This document shows, in pieces, positions 49,167 to 57,943 of a DNA stretch of 64,000 bases. A program made the position numbers and the translations under genes. The notes beneath the pieces were generated by a model. It was not told where the DNA came from and did not search any database. It saw only the letters and a program-made list of their open reading frames with translations. The stretch covers positions 248,001-312,000 of IMG/VR virus record IMGVR_UViG_3300031576_000001; one strand, 5' to 3'. How positions within the stretch are numbered: position 1 is the stretch's first letter; every line of letters begins with the position of its first letter.

Positions 49167-49934
49167 CTACGGAGAGGAGACCCCCAACAGCCACCGGGGC
49201 GTCCCTTCACCCAGCAACCTGGAGTCCCTTAGCTCACCCCTGGCAAGCTCAAGATACCGCGGAGACACTACGCCAGCAAGCGTAGCACGCTCACTCAAAC
49301 ATGGCGTGACACTCTCTCGGGTACCCTTCAAGAGAAAGTGCTCAAGTTGGGAGCGAGCCGAAGACACCTCACTCATCGAACGAAACCACGTACCACGTAC
49401 ACGCTCTACCCGATGTTTCCTCTCCGCACACGCCTTCTGGTACCGACTCACCGCCCACCCACACGCACCTACACCACCCACCAAGAACACAAGAGACAAC
49501 CACCACACCGAAACCCACCACCCCACCAATGGCGCAACCCCCACCCCAAACAAGCCCGCCACGAACACCAACCACGAAAGCCCACCAAACCCCACAGGAG
49601 ACGCCTCCAAGTCAGCCAACTCTAGCTCACACGCCCTCCCCACCAATGCCAACGCTACGCACTCCCTCTCTACGTGCAAAACAACCCGGGTAGACTCCCC
49701 CTCCGTCAGCACCGAAGCCTGTAGCCCACGCGCAAACTCGACTCGGAGACCCCTCTCCTCTCGCTTACGCCACTCCTCATGCTTCTTCGCAATAACCTCC
49801 TCACCCCTCTCCAGAAGCCACCTCTTCCACAACCGCCTCCTCAAAGAAGCATACCCCTCCAGGCTCAACCCGTAACCCCTCGCCTCCCTCCGCTCCTTGA
49901 CCGTCAACGCTGACACCTTCAACTTGACCGACAT
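49167..49934 (-). CDS. Membrane protein
   Basis: Two hydrophobic segments; GGTGTA upstream. Confidence 0.5.
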   Translation of the reverse strand: MSVKLKVSALTVKERREARGYGLSLEGYASLRRRLWKRWLLERGEEVIAKKHEEWRKREERGLRVEFARGLQASVLTEGESTRVVLHVERECVALALVGRACELELADLEASPVGFGGLSWLVFVAGLFGVGVAPLVGWWVSVWWLSLVFLVGGVGACGWAVSRYQKACAERKHRVERVRGTWFRSMSEVSSARSQLEHFLLKGTRESVTPCLSERATLAGVVSPRYLELARGELRDSRLLGEGTPRWLLGVSSP

Positions 49935-50050
49935 AACCAGCCCCTTACACCCTCCCCCCAAGAGAAAAGGCTGAGCCAAAAAAGCACCCTCCCTAACCTA
50001 CGCCTCACCTCAGCCCCAGCCCCCAGCCTAAAGGGTGTATACCCACACCC

Positions 50051-50665
50051 GTGACACCAAGAGCCCTCCTCGACTGCGACGGAGTAGTCGCCAACTTCAC
50101 CCACCACGTCGGGCACAGAGCCCACCAACTCGCTGGTCTGCCTACACCCACAGAGACACCTCCCTTCAAGAACTACAAATTCCTCCCCGAAGTCGCCGCC
50201 CTCACCGGTATACCCGAAGAGGAGGTCACCAAGGCGATCAGCTCCCCAGGCTTCTGCGAAACCATACCCCCCTTCCCAGGCGCTAGCGCCTTCGTTGACA
50301 ACCTCAGCCAAACCCACGAAGTCATCATACTTACCTCTCCCTGGTACTCACCCACATGGGTCAGCGAACGCTACGCCTGGCTCGCTAACCACCTCAATAT
50401 ACCCAGAAAAAATGTCATCTTCGCCCAACGAAAAGAACTCGTTCAGGGGGATATACTGATCGATGACCGCCTGATACACCTGACCCGATGGGTTTCAACT
50501 CAGTTGGCAGCCAATTCGCGAAAAGATTTCGCAGGGGTCTTGTATAACCCCACCCCCGCGGGAGTACCCCTCCCCACTCTGAAGGGTCTCTCCCTCTGTG
50601 CTACTTACAACGACATCTTGTCTGTAGCCAGGGCACAGGCAGGGGGGAGGGATTGGAACCTCTAA
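50051..50665 (+). CDS. 5'(3')-deoxyribonucleotidase (HAD, NT5C family)
   Basis: LDCDGVVANF, ILTSP, R..WL and GDILIDD. Confidence 0.88.
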   Translation: MTPRALLDCDGVVANFTHHVGHRAHQLAGLPTPTETPPFKNYKFLPEVAALTGIPEEEVTKAISSPGFCETIPPFPGASAFVDNLSQTHEVIILTSPWYSPTWVSERYAWLANHLNIPRKNVIFAQRKELVQGDILIDDRLIHLTRWVSTQLAANSRKDFAGVLYNPTPAGVPLPTLKGLSLCATYNDILSVARAQAGGRDWNL

Positions 50666-50712
50666 ACCTAGCCTGACCCAATTGGGTGTGGAGTTAGGCT
50701 CTTCAACCCACC

Positions 50713-51747
50713 TCAGAGCTTCTTGCAGCCTGCGACGTACCACTGGCGAGCCGCGTCGGATACGGCTTTCTGAGCCGTTTTCGCGTCTAGCCCGGAACAA
50801 GCTAGCTCAGCGTTGCACTCCTTGAGCACGTCCGCCGTCAACCAAGCCAGAAAGACACCGGTTTTCTTGGGGTCGAAGCTACCCCCACAGACCACAGAAA
50901 GCCCCTGCTCCAGGCGGGCGCCCGTGACGACCAAAGAGGCGAAATCGGCGGCGTTTCGGGTTACCGTGGCGCTGGCTTGGGCTGGCGCCGTCCTGGTGAC
51001 CGCGCAAGCGTGGTGCTTCTCGCCCTTGGCTTTGAAGCAGAGGTTGGAAAAGCGCTTATAATCGCTGCCCAGAGAGGGCTCGTCAGCCTCAGCCCCCGAG
51101 GGCACGGGGTAGAAGACCAGCCCTTCGCCCGTGCCCTCTACGCCAAAGGTGTTGCGTACCCAGGGGTCGCACTCCTCGACAGCGAGGACGTGCTGGTTGA
51201 TCCGGTCTAGCGTGGGCTGTAGAGCTTCGTCGGAAGCCGCCCAGTTCACCATGTAGGCTTCGCCGTCCTGGTACCAGGGGAGCACGTAGCAGCCGGGGAT
51301 GACCTGGGTCAGCCGGGAGAGGGTCTCTGGATCGTCGAGGAAGTCGATAACCCCAGGGTGGTCAACGAGGCGGGCAGCAAAGACGGCAAAGACCTTCGCT
51401 TTGAGGAGGTTGACGGCGACGCCCTTCTGAATGCCGGGTCCACACCACTCCCCGAAGAGGACCAGGGCGCCCGCCAGAGGAGCCAGCTTGGCTATCGTTG
51501 CCTGGCGCTCGTAGACCCACCTAGCAAAGCCCGCATTGTCCGAGTCCAGGGAGAGCACGCTGGTGCGGGACAGGGCAGTTACCCCCTCTTGGCTGATCTT
51601 TATGCCGGCGTTGGTGCCATGGAGCTTCACCTTGGCGCGGTAGCTCACGGTTGACGCCCCCTGGTCAAGAAGCTCCGGGTAGAGGGTCAGCTTGCGCCTG
51701 GCATTGTGAAAGTTGTCAATCTCGGTCCACTTGACGTGCTCTGTCAT
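50713..51747 (-). CDS. RNA ligase, Rnl2 family
   Basis: KLHGTNAG (motif I), SR, FGEWCGPGIQKG, GEGLV, FKAK. Confidence 0.88.
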   Translation of the reverse strand: MTEHVKWTEIDNFHNARRKLTLYPELLDQGASTVSYRAKVKLHGTNAGIKISQEGVTALSRTSVLSLDSDNAGFARWVYERQATIAKLAPLAGALVLFGEWCGPGIQKGVAVNLLKAKVFAVFAARLVDHPGVIDFLDDPETLSRLTQVIPGCYVLPWYQDGEAYMVNWAASDEALQPTLDRINQHVLAVEECDPWVRNTFGVEGTGEGLVFYPVPSGAEADEPSLGSDYKRFSNLCFKAKGEKHHACAVTRTAPAQASATVTRNAADFASLVVTGARLEQGLSVVCGGSFDPKKTGVFLAWLTADVLKECNAELACSGLDAKTAQKAVSDAARQWYVAGCKKL

Positions 51748-51806
51748 GCCCGAGAGGGTACACCGCCCGGCGCTCAACCTCTCAGGGGGACCACCACCCC
51801 CTTTCA

Positions 51807-51849
51807 AAAACCCTCACGCTGATACGGCAAACCCAAAGAAATTGAAAGC
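51807..51849 (+). repeat. Left arm of 43-bp inverted repeat
   Basis: AAAACCCTCACGCTGATACGGCAAACCCAAAGAAATTGAAAGC; 42/43 match to the reverse complement of 52746-52788. Confidence 0.9.
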
Positions 51850-52503
51850 CAGGAGACCCTCTCGTCCGTGACGCGATGTGTCATGATGACCTCGGGGCAC
51901 TCGGTACACAAAAGGCACGTTTGGGGTCGTGTTTTGTGCCTCGTGCCACCCCCCGGATTTACCGATGTTTTTGTGGTCCAGCCCCTAGGGGGAGACTCCA
52001 TGCGGAGAGGGGTCCAAATTATGGAACCTCCATACACTTGATCGGCCTTTTTGCCAGGGGTCAGGAGTGACACCCCCTCTCTGCTCAATCGTGCTACGCC
52101 TAAGTGTGCTCAACTGGAGTCCTCGCCGGGGTCCAATTCGGATGTATTTCAAGAAACCCCGATCAATAGAGGGGTGTCATGTTTGACCTGAGAGGCGTGT
52201 CTAGGTAGCACGCATGACCCCCTACGCGCACAATCGTGCCACGGTATGCCCTACGTGTAGGGTCATGTGTGGTCACGGTTGGCAGGGGGGGTGCGTCAAT
52301 TTCTGAAGCTAGGAGGGGCTCATGCTGTGTGTGGAAGCTCCCACCTTGGGGGGCTTCTCTGCGCCTACGCTGGCGAGCCCCCTACCCCCTTGTGATTTGC
52401 GAATGCAGGAGGCGCCTCTTTGAGGCAAGGCGTAGCCCCAATTCATTTGGAAATTCGCGCCATTACCCTAGCCGGGTCTGCCCAGGGGCGGGAAGGGGTG
52501 AGT

Positions 52504-52682
52504 TCAGTACACACACAAATGAGGATCGGCTAGGAGCACCGGTATAGGATTTGAATTTTTTACCCGGTGCCCTGTCTCAGTACACACACAAATGAGGATC
52601 GGCTAGGAGCACCGGTATAGGATTTGAATTTTTTACCCGGTGCCCTGTCTCAGTACACACACAAATGAGGATCGGCTAGGAG
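52504..52682 (+). repeat. 73-bp tandem repeat x2.45 with internal hairpin
   Basis: TCAGTACACACACAAATGAGGATCGGCTAGGAG starts at 52504, 52577 and 52650; each full unit has GCACCGG..CCGGTGC around an AT-rich core. Confidence 0.9.
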
Positions 52683-52745
52683 GGTGGGGTGTGTTTTGAA
52701 TTTTGGGTTGGAGGCTGTTTTCGATTACAGTGTGGCTGTAGCTGC

Positions 52746-52788
52746 GCTTTCAATTTCTTTGGGTTTGCCGTATCAGTGTGAGGGTTTT
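52746..52788 (-). repeat. Right arm of 43-bp inverted repeat
   Basis: See 51807-51849. Confidence 0.9.
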
Positions 52789-52938
52789 CGTGAGGGGGTT
52801 TCGGGTGAGACGGGGGGTCTCTATTTTCTACCCCGTTTTCTTTTTGGGTGGGTGTGGGGGTGGCTTCCTGAATTTTGGGTGGCAGAGAACGTAGCCTCGG
52901 GTGTTTTTTCTGCGAGGAGTGGTGTACCTAGTGTGCCC

Positions 52939-53766
52939 ATGGGATGTTTTCCTCTAGCGGGTCAAGACGAGTCCTTGAGCGGTCCTTACGTACCGTGTGT
53001 GTACGTGGCTTCCAGGCTACAGTACGCTTCCATGTGGCGATCTTACCGAGAGGGTTGGGCTACGTCGGTAAGGGTGACCTCACGGTGGCTCGACGTAGTG
53101 GGCGAGGTGTCTGACAAGGGTGGGTTGTGGCAGGGCCTTATGGCGGACATAGTGAGGTCGGACGTTTTGCTAGCCTACGGGGAGGCTGGCGAGGTGTGGC
53201 AGGGTGCTCTTGTCGAGGTGGGCGCCGCCCTGGCTCTAGGTAAGCCAGTGCTTGTTGTGGGTGCAGGGGTGAACAGCTTTTGGAGTCACCCGTTGGTTAC
53301 GCGCTTCGATACGGTAGAGGCTGCCATGGCTTCGCTTGGGGTACAGCGTCCCCTCTCACCTGCGCCTATTACGGAGTCTGTGAGGGTGATGGTGATGTCC
53401 GAGGTACGGCACGTTGGCATGTGGAGGGAGTGCGTAGCTTCTCAGCCTCCAGGGGTGAGCATAGTCTCTAGGTGGCTGGATGATGTGGCGGTGGGGGACA
53501 CGGTACGGATGTGGCTTGAGTACCTGGAGGACACGAAGCGCGCTCAAGCGGTCATTCTCTATGGTGGCTTTGATGATGACGCGCTATGGGAGCGCCAGCT
53601 AGTCAGGGTAGCGGTTCACGTAGCGCTGCTAGCCAAGAAGCCTGTCTACGTGGTGGGTTCTGGCTCGGGCTCAGAAAATCTAGGCATAGGGGCTTCGCCT
53701 CTTGTGCGTCTGTGTGCTTCGGTCGAGGAGGCTTTTCGGTTGGCTGCCGTTCTGTCTTCCCCTTAA
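52939..53766 (+). CDS. Tandem nucleoside 2-deoxyribosyltransferase-like domains
   Basis: VYVAS..VTSRWL..DI..SDVL..GALVEVGAALALGKPV, repeated in degenerate form. Confidence 0.7.
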   Translation: MGCFPLAGQDESLSGPYVPCVYVASRLQYASMWRSYREGWATSVRVTSRWLDVVGEVSDKGGLWQGLMADIVRSDVLLAYGEAGEVWQGALVEVGAALALGKPVLVVGAGVNSFWSHPLVTRFDTVEAAMASLGVQRPLSPAPITESVRVMVMSEVRHVGMWRECVASQPPGVSIVSRWLDDVAVGDTVRMWLEYLEDTKRAQAVILYGGFDDDALWERQLVRVAVHVALLAKKPVYVVGSGSGSENLGIGASPLVRLCASVEEAFRLAAVLSSP

Positions 53767-53775
53767 AAGGAAGAA

Positions 53776-53804
53776 CCCCGTAGCCCTTGGGGGTGCCTAC
53801 GGGG
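53776..53804. terminator. Hairpin between convergent genes
   Basis: CCCCGTAG...CTACGGGG; intergenic only if the - strand gene ends at TTA. Confidence 0.55.
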
Positions 53805-53834
53805 CGCTCGATACCTCTTTGCGTAGAGGCTTGG

Positions 53835-54461
53835 TAAGCGAACGATGCTCCGAGAGCGGGGTCTCGTGGGTGTGGTCAGGGTGTATTTGTCACCGCCGCC
53901 TGTGGGGGGGCGGGGTGCGTTAGTATTGGTAGCCCTGTTGATGAGCGCCTGTAGAGCCGCTGTCGAGAGCACGTTACTTTTGGAGACGGGGCTGAGTGTG
54001 GTAGGCGTAGCCTTGTATAGGTCGGGGTTATTGAGGAACCCGTGACCGTCGAGGTCGCCGTCGAGACCAAAGAGGAAGTTGAGTGCAGTCGCCGCGAGAG
54101 ATCCGCTACCCGTGAGGTTATTGCCGGTACCGAACGTGCTCACCAAATTCAGTGGGCTCGTTAGCGTACCGCTCCCTGTTGTGGACCCTGTGTAAGCTAG
54201 GGCAAGATTAAGCCCTGTACCGTTGGCGAAGAGGGTGCCTATACCCGTGGCCGCGCCATTTGCGACGGCGACTAGGTTTAGGTTGACCGCTGTAACTGTG
54301 CCCACGCCGGTCGTATTGCCTATGTAGGCGAGGGCAAGGTTAAGGGGGGCTGACAGAGAACCAGCGCCCGTGGTGCTACCGGCGTAGGTAAGGTCTAGGT
54401 TCAAGAAAGCAGAGAGGTCACCATTACCATCTAGATTACCGTCAAGAAGTTGGTCAGCCAT
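53835..54461 (-). CDS. Gly/Thr-rich repeat virion protein; ends at TTA 53837-53835
   Basis: Repeated L.L.Y.G.TTG.G.L motif. Confidence 0.6.
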
Positions 54462-54560
54462 GGGTCAGTACCGTGCGTGCCTCTCAGTGGGTAGCGTAGG
54501 GGATAAGAGGCAACCCTCAAAAGGGTTGCTCTGCTCTGCTCTGCGGTGTAAGGGGAAAGG

Positions 54561-54875
54561 GTGACAACCAAGAAGACGAAAACCACGGAAGCTCAGCGCA
54601 CCCACGAAGAGGGGGAGTTTGGTACGATTGAATGGCGTGCGCAGTTGGAGGGTTCTGCGTTGCACCACAATTGGCACGATCCCTTCGAGGTGATGCTACG
54701 CAGGTTGAATCAAGCCACCTCGACCCCCGCTTACATCAAGGACTCTGCGATACACGTCCACGATACGCTTCTGCTCGCTCAGTCCATAGCCGTCTCCCTT
54801 TTCGGGTGGGACTGGAAAGAACACGTCATGGACGTGTACGACCGTATCCAGAAGCACCTCTACCAAAGGGAGTAA
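54561..54875 (+). CDS. Hypothetical protein
   Basis: GGTGTA 10 nt upstream. Confidence 0.55.
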   Translation: MTTKKTKTTEAQRTHEEGEFGTIEWRAQLEGSALHHNWHDPFEVMLRRLNQATSTPAYIKDSAIHVHDTLLLAQSIAVSLFGWDWKEHVMDVYDRIQKHLYQRE

Positions 54876-54900
54876 CCCCTTGTAAGGGTACCCATGAAGA

Positions 54901-54929
54901 AAGCCCAGGAAGACTGTCTTCCTGGGCTT
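54901..54929. terminator. Near-perfect palindrome, probably a bidirectional terminator
   Basis: AAGCCCAGGAAGAC-T-GTCTTCCTGGGCTT between convergent genes. Confidence 0.65.
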
Positions 54930-54963
54930 CTTCGCGCTTGGCTTGAAGAGGGGCTTCTCTTGG

Positions 54964-55359
54964 TAAGGTTTCCGAGGCGGTCAAGCTACTTGTCAAGAAT
55001 TTGGCTACGTCACCGGAGAGCACGGTGCGGGGTGTGCCCAGCGAGGCGTAGTACAGAAGGTCTCCAGCTACAGCGGCGTTGTACACACCGAAGCCGTTCA
55101 CGGTGCCCCAGTTGGCGGTTGCGGCGGGGAACGTCACGTCGGACACCGACGCAGAGCTTCCGGAGACGGGAGTGCCAAAGGTTGTGGACACGTCAACGCG
55201 AGCGTAGCTCCCACCAGAGACCTCGACACCACCCACGCCGCCAGCGCCCGGTGTGGTGGTAAAGAGTGCCATATGCACGCTGGTGGGCTGGGTGATTACG
55301 GAGCCTGGGATGAGCCAGAACTTGAGGGTATCGTTATCGGTAGCGTAGCTCTTGGGCAT
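54964..55359 (-). CDS. Phage minor tail/structural protein; ends at TTA 54966-54964
   Basis: ALFT..P....EVSGGSYAR...VTFPAATANWGTV..G.LLY signature. Confidence 0.75.
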
Positions 55360-55453
55360 GGTGGTCTCTCGGTGTCCTCTAAGGTAGTGAGTGTGGGTCG
55401 GTCTCGGTAGGTGTGGGTAGGATAAGAGCCTGCGTAGGTTACTGAAGATTTCT

Positions 55454-55479
55454 GTGAATCCTGAGATGGGTTGAGCGTA
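55454..55479 (+). promoter_or_regulatory. ECF-sigma-like promoter
   Basis: GTGAAT-N16-CGTA. Confidence 0.7.
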
Positions 55480-55491
55480 AGAGGAGGCAAC

Positions 55492-55647
55492 ATGACGCAC
55501 AAGACCAAGACCGGGGGCAAGCTGCCCTTCAACAGCAAGCACTACCGGAGCCACCGCGAGGTTCTTCGTGGGTGGGACCGGTGGGGCGCACTGCGTGCGG
55601 CTCGTCGAGTCCTCAAGAACAACAGTCTCGCCCTCTCTCCGCGTTGA
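55492..55647 (+). CDS. Small basic protein
   Basis: GAGGAGG RBS after the promoter. Confidence 0.5.
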   Translation: MTHKTKTGGKLPFNSKHYRSHREVLRGWDRWGALRAARRVLKNNSLALSPR

Positions 55648-55659
55648 CAGAAGGAAAAC

Positions 55660-56001
55660 ATGCCTACATTTCTCAAACCCACGTCCGTGCCATCGCTCTA
55701 CAAGCAGGGCTTCTCAGCGATCCAGATCGCCACCCAGGTCAACCTGCCCTCGGATGAGGTCTACCGTTTGCTCTGGGAGAGCGGGGCGCGCATGAAGTCT
55801 CGCGGGCGGTACTCTGGGGTGTCAGTCTCCACCCCACCCTTCACCAAGAAGGAGCGTGCCCTGGTGAAGAGGCTCTACCTCTCGGGACAGTCGATGCACG
55901 AGGTGGCGCTTCACTTCCGGTGCAGCTTCTACAAGGTGCGCTCTACGTTGCGGAAGATGAGCGTCCCGGCTCGTCCCGGAGGCTCCCGCCGGGTGAGCTA
56001 G
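55660..56001 (+). CDS. Double HTH DNA-binding protein
   Basis: LYKQGFS..QIA and LYLSGQS..EVA..F..S...V repeats. Confidence 0.65.
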   Translation: MPTFLKPTSVPSLYKQGFSAIQIATQVNLPSDEVYRLLWESGARMKSRGRYSGVSVSTPPFTKKERALVKRLYLSGQSMHEVALHFRCSFYKVRSTLRKMSVPARPGGSRRVS

Positions 56002-56040
56002 GGCGCCTGGTTACCACGGCAGGGGTGTACCTTACTGAGC

Positions 56041-56295
56041 ATGGCCAGTACCGACAAGGAACCCCTCTCCGTGATGCAGTAAGCCCACCTCCAACGGATC
56101 AAAGGGAGGCGTCTCTCGGAGCGCACCCGACACGGCAAGCAAGAGCGTAGTTTGCTCACCCGCAAGATGATCACGGTCGAGGGGGCGCTAGCCTCTGGGG
56201 TAAAGCTGACCCCTCTTGGTGAAGAGGCATTGCGTGAGCGTGAGGCTATCGAGGCGGGTAAGCTCCGGGTCCAGGGCACCACGTACCGTTACTTA
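56041..56295 (+). pseudogene. Winged-helix-like ORF interrupted by TAA 56080; ends at TTA 56293
   Basis: GGTGTA-N11-ATG; reading frame continues to LTPLGEEAL. Confidence 0.4.
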
Positions 56296-56338
56296 GGTTT
56301 CACCACGCCTGACACTTCCACACAGAAAGGTTTGCAAG

Positions 56339-56752
56339 ATGAAAGAGATCGCAATTTCCCTGTCGCGCGCCGAGCTACTCGCCGCGAAAGCCTGCTCGGC
56401 GGGCATGACGTGGTTCGATACGTGGCCCCGCCTCTACGACGGTGACCAAGAGATTGTCGTGCTGTGGTCGCCCCTGGCGATGGTGTGGTCCTTGGCGAAC
56501 CCGAATAGCAACCAGCGCAGCATGGCCCGTTGGCTTATCGACAACGGGCTACTGCCCATGTGGTCGCTGAGCGGAGCCTACTTGAGCGGAGCCTACTTGA
56601 GCGGAGCCTACTTGAGCGGAGCCGACTTGAGCGGAGCCTACTTGAGCAGAGCCGACTTGAGCAGAGCCGACTTGAGCGGAGCCTACTACCCCGGGGGCGC
56701 CTTGCCGGGGGGGTGGGTGCGCAATAAGGACGGTTTCCTTGTTAGGGGCTAG
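56339..56752 (+). CDS. Pentapeptide repeat protein
   Basis: (A[YD]LS[GR])n; 15-bp DNA repeats at about 56568-56686. Confidence 0.85.
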   Translation: MKEIAISLSRAELLAAKACSAGMTWFDTWPRLYDGDQEIVVLWSPLAMVWSLANPNSNQRSMARWLIDNGLLPMWSLSGAYLSGAYLSGAYLSGADLSGAYLSRADLSRADLSGAYYPGGALPGGWVRNKDGFLVRG

Positions 56753-56776
56753 GTGCTTGGTGAAAGGGAGTGAGTT

Positions 56777-57199
56777 ATGCTGAAGACACTTGACGAGCTA
56801 GACAAAGAGGCTACAGAGGCGGGCGTGTCTGTCCCTGTGTGGATGCGTAACGCGGTAGCCAAGAACCCAGAGTATGTTTTCTGGGGTCCAGACCAGGATT
56901 ATATGTGGAAAGCGGGCACCGGGTGGGAGGCTCCGCTAGCCTTTGCCTCTTGGGGTGACTGCAACCTCGTGCTTGATGACTTGAACGAGGTTGTACACTT
57001 CTACTTCGGGGTCAACGGCGATGACCCGGAGAGGGTGACCTTGACGTTGACCTTCTGGCTACTACACCCCCGCCAGAGCGCCTCTCGGGGGGTCCGTATT
57101 CACCGGGTAGCTCAGGCTGACTTGAGAAATGTCTACCGGTTCCTTCGTCGTGCTGCCACGCGCAACGCTCAGAGGTTTGCCAAGGTGCCTCGTCGGTGA
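56777..57199 (+). CDS. Hypothetical protein
   Basis: GGGAG RBS. Confidence 0.6.
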   Translation: MLKTLDELDKEATEAGVSVPVWMRNAVAKNPEYVFWGPDQDYMWKAGTGWEAPLAFASWGDCNLVLDDLNEVVHFYFGVNGDDPERVTLTLTFWLLHPRQSASRGVRIHRVAQADLRNVYRFLRRAATRNAQRFAKVPRR

Positions 57200-57585
57200 T
57201 TGTTCTCGACGATGCTGAGCCTGCGGTATTGGGTGAGCCTGTCCAGGCTTACAGGAATCTCTCTGTGCGAGAGGGGCGGCTCTACTCGGTACGGCTCAGG
57301 GGACGGTTAATCGCCAGGGTACAAGACCTTTGGTTGTACGATGTTACTTTTCGTGTGCGACCTGGGGGTCGCAGGCGTGCTTTGCGAGAGGGTGTGCGCA
57401 ACGTACACGCCTTTGTCTCTGGCACAGCGGTCTCTCTCATGCCTAGAGGGCTACTGTGGCAGAGAGCCAGCTACAACCCCTTTCTCACTGACCGGGCTGG
57501 CTTTTTTCTGGTGGAGTCGGGTCAGGAGGTGTCTGCGGCACGCTATGCGCGTTTGGACCAGGAGGGGTGCTTTGTGGTGCTGTAG
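57196..57585 (+). CDS. Phage hypothetical protein (NVHAFV motif); carries an internal TTA at 57307
   Basis: YRNL, YSV, RNVHAFV and YNPF motifs. Confidence 0.6.
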   Translation: MIVLDDAEPAVLGEPVQAYRNLSVREGRLYSVRLRGRLIARVQDLWLYDVTFRVRPGGRRRALREGVRNVHAFVSGTAVSLMPRGLLWQRASYNPFLTDRAGFFLVESGQEVSAARYARLDQEGCFVVL

Positions 57586-57943
57586 CTTTGCGCTTGTGGG
57601 TGGGGCAGTTTGGGTGATAGTGCCCCACCTGTCCGCAGCTACGGCACTCTTTCTTGCGGGCAGAGCCACCAGCTAGCAACGTGTTGACAGCTTCTTCGCT
57701 CCACAGGGAAGTCACCTTACGCCTAGAGTCAGCGTTGAACAACTTGAGGTAGGCAACGACCAGCTTAACCGTGTCAAGCCAGTAAGGGTCTTCTGCCCTC
57801 AAAGCCCGCACAGCGTCGTCAATCTCGCCCAGGGGGAGCGTCGTCCAGGCTTCGGTGGCTATAGGCTGGTTGTAACGACTGAGGAGGAGGATCGCGGTAA
57901 GCCGCTCAGAGAGGGTGGGAGGGGTGGTACTCGTGTTGGGCAT
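57485..57943 (-). CDS. Hypothetical protein with CCHC zinc knuckle
   Basis: CRSCGQVGHYHPNCP. Confidence 0.5.
   Translation of the reverse strand: MPNTSTTPPTLSERLTAILLLSRYNQPIATEAWTTLPLGEIDDAVRALRAEDPYWLDTVKLVVAYLKLFNADSRRKVTSLWSEEAVNTLLAGGSARKKECRSCGQVGHYHPNCPTHKRKATAPQSTPPGPNAHSVPQTPPDPTPPEKSQPGQ

Noticed and set aside
51804-52547. ORFs 51804..52088, 51876..52070 and 52236..52547, and the 5' part of 52684
   Set aside because: They lie in the repeat-rich non-coding region; the shared SISLGLPYQ text comes only from the inverted repeat
52504-52682. 73-bp repeat as a CRISPR array
   Set aside because: The intervening sequences are identical, so there are no unique spacers
56568-56686. 15-bp DNA repeats as a regulatory array
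   Set aside because: Fully explained by pentapeptide-repeat coding
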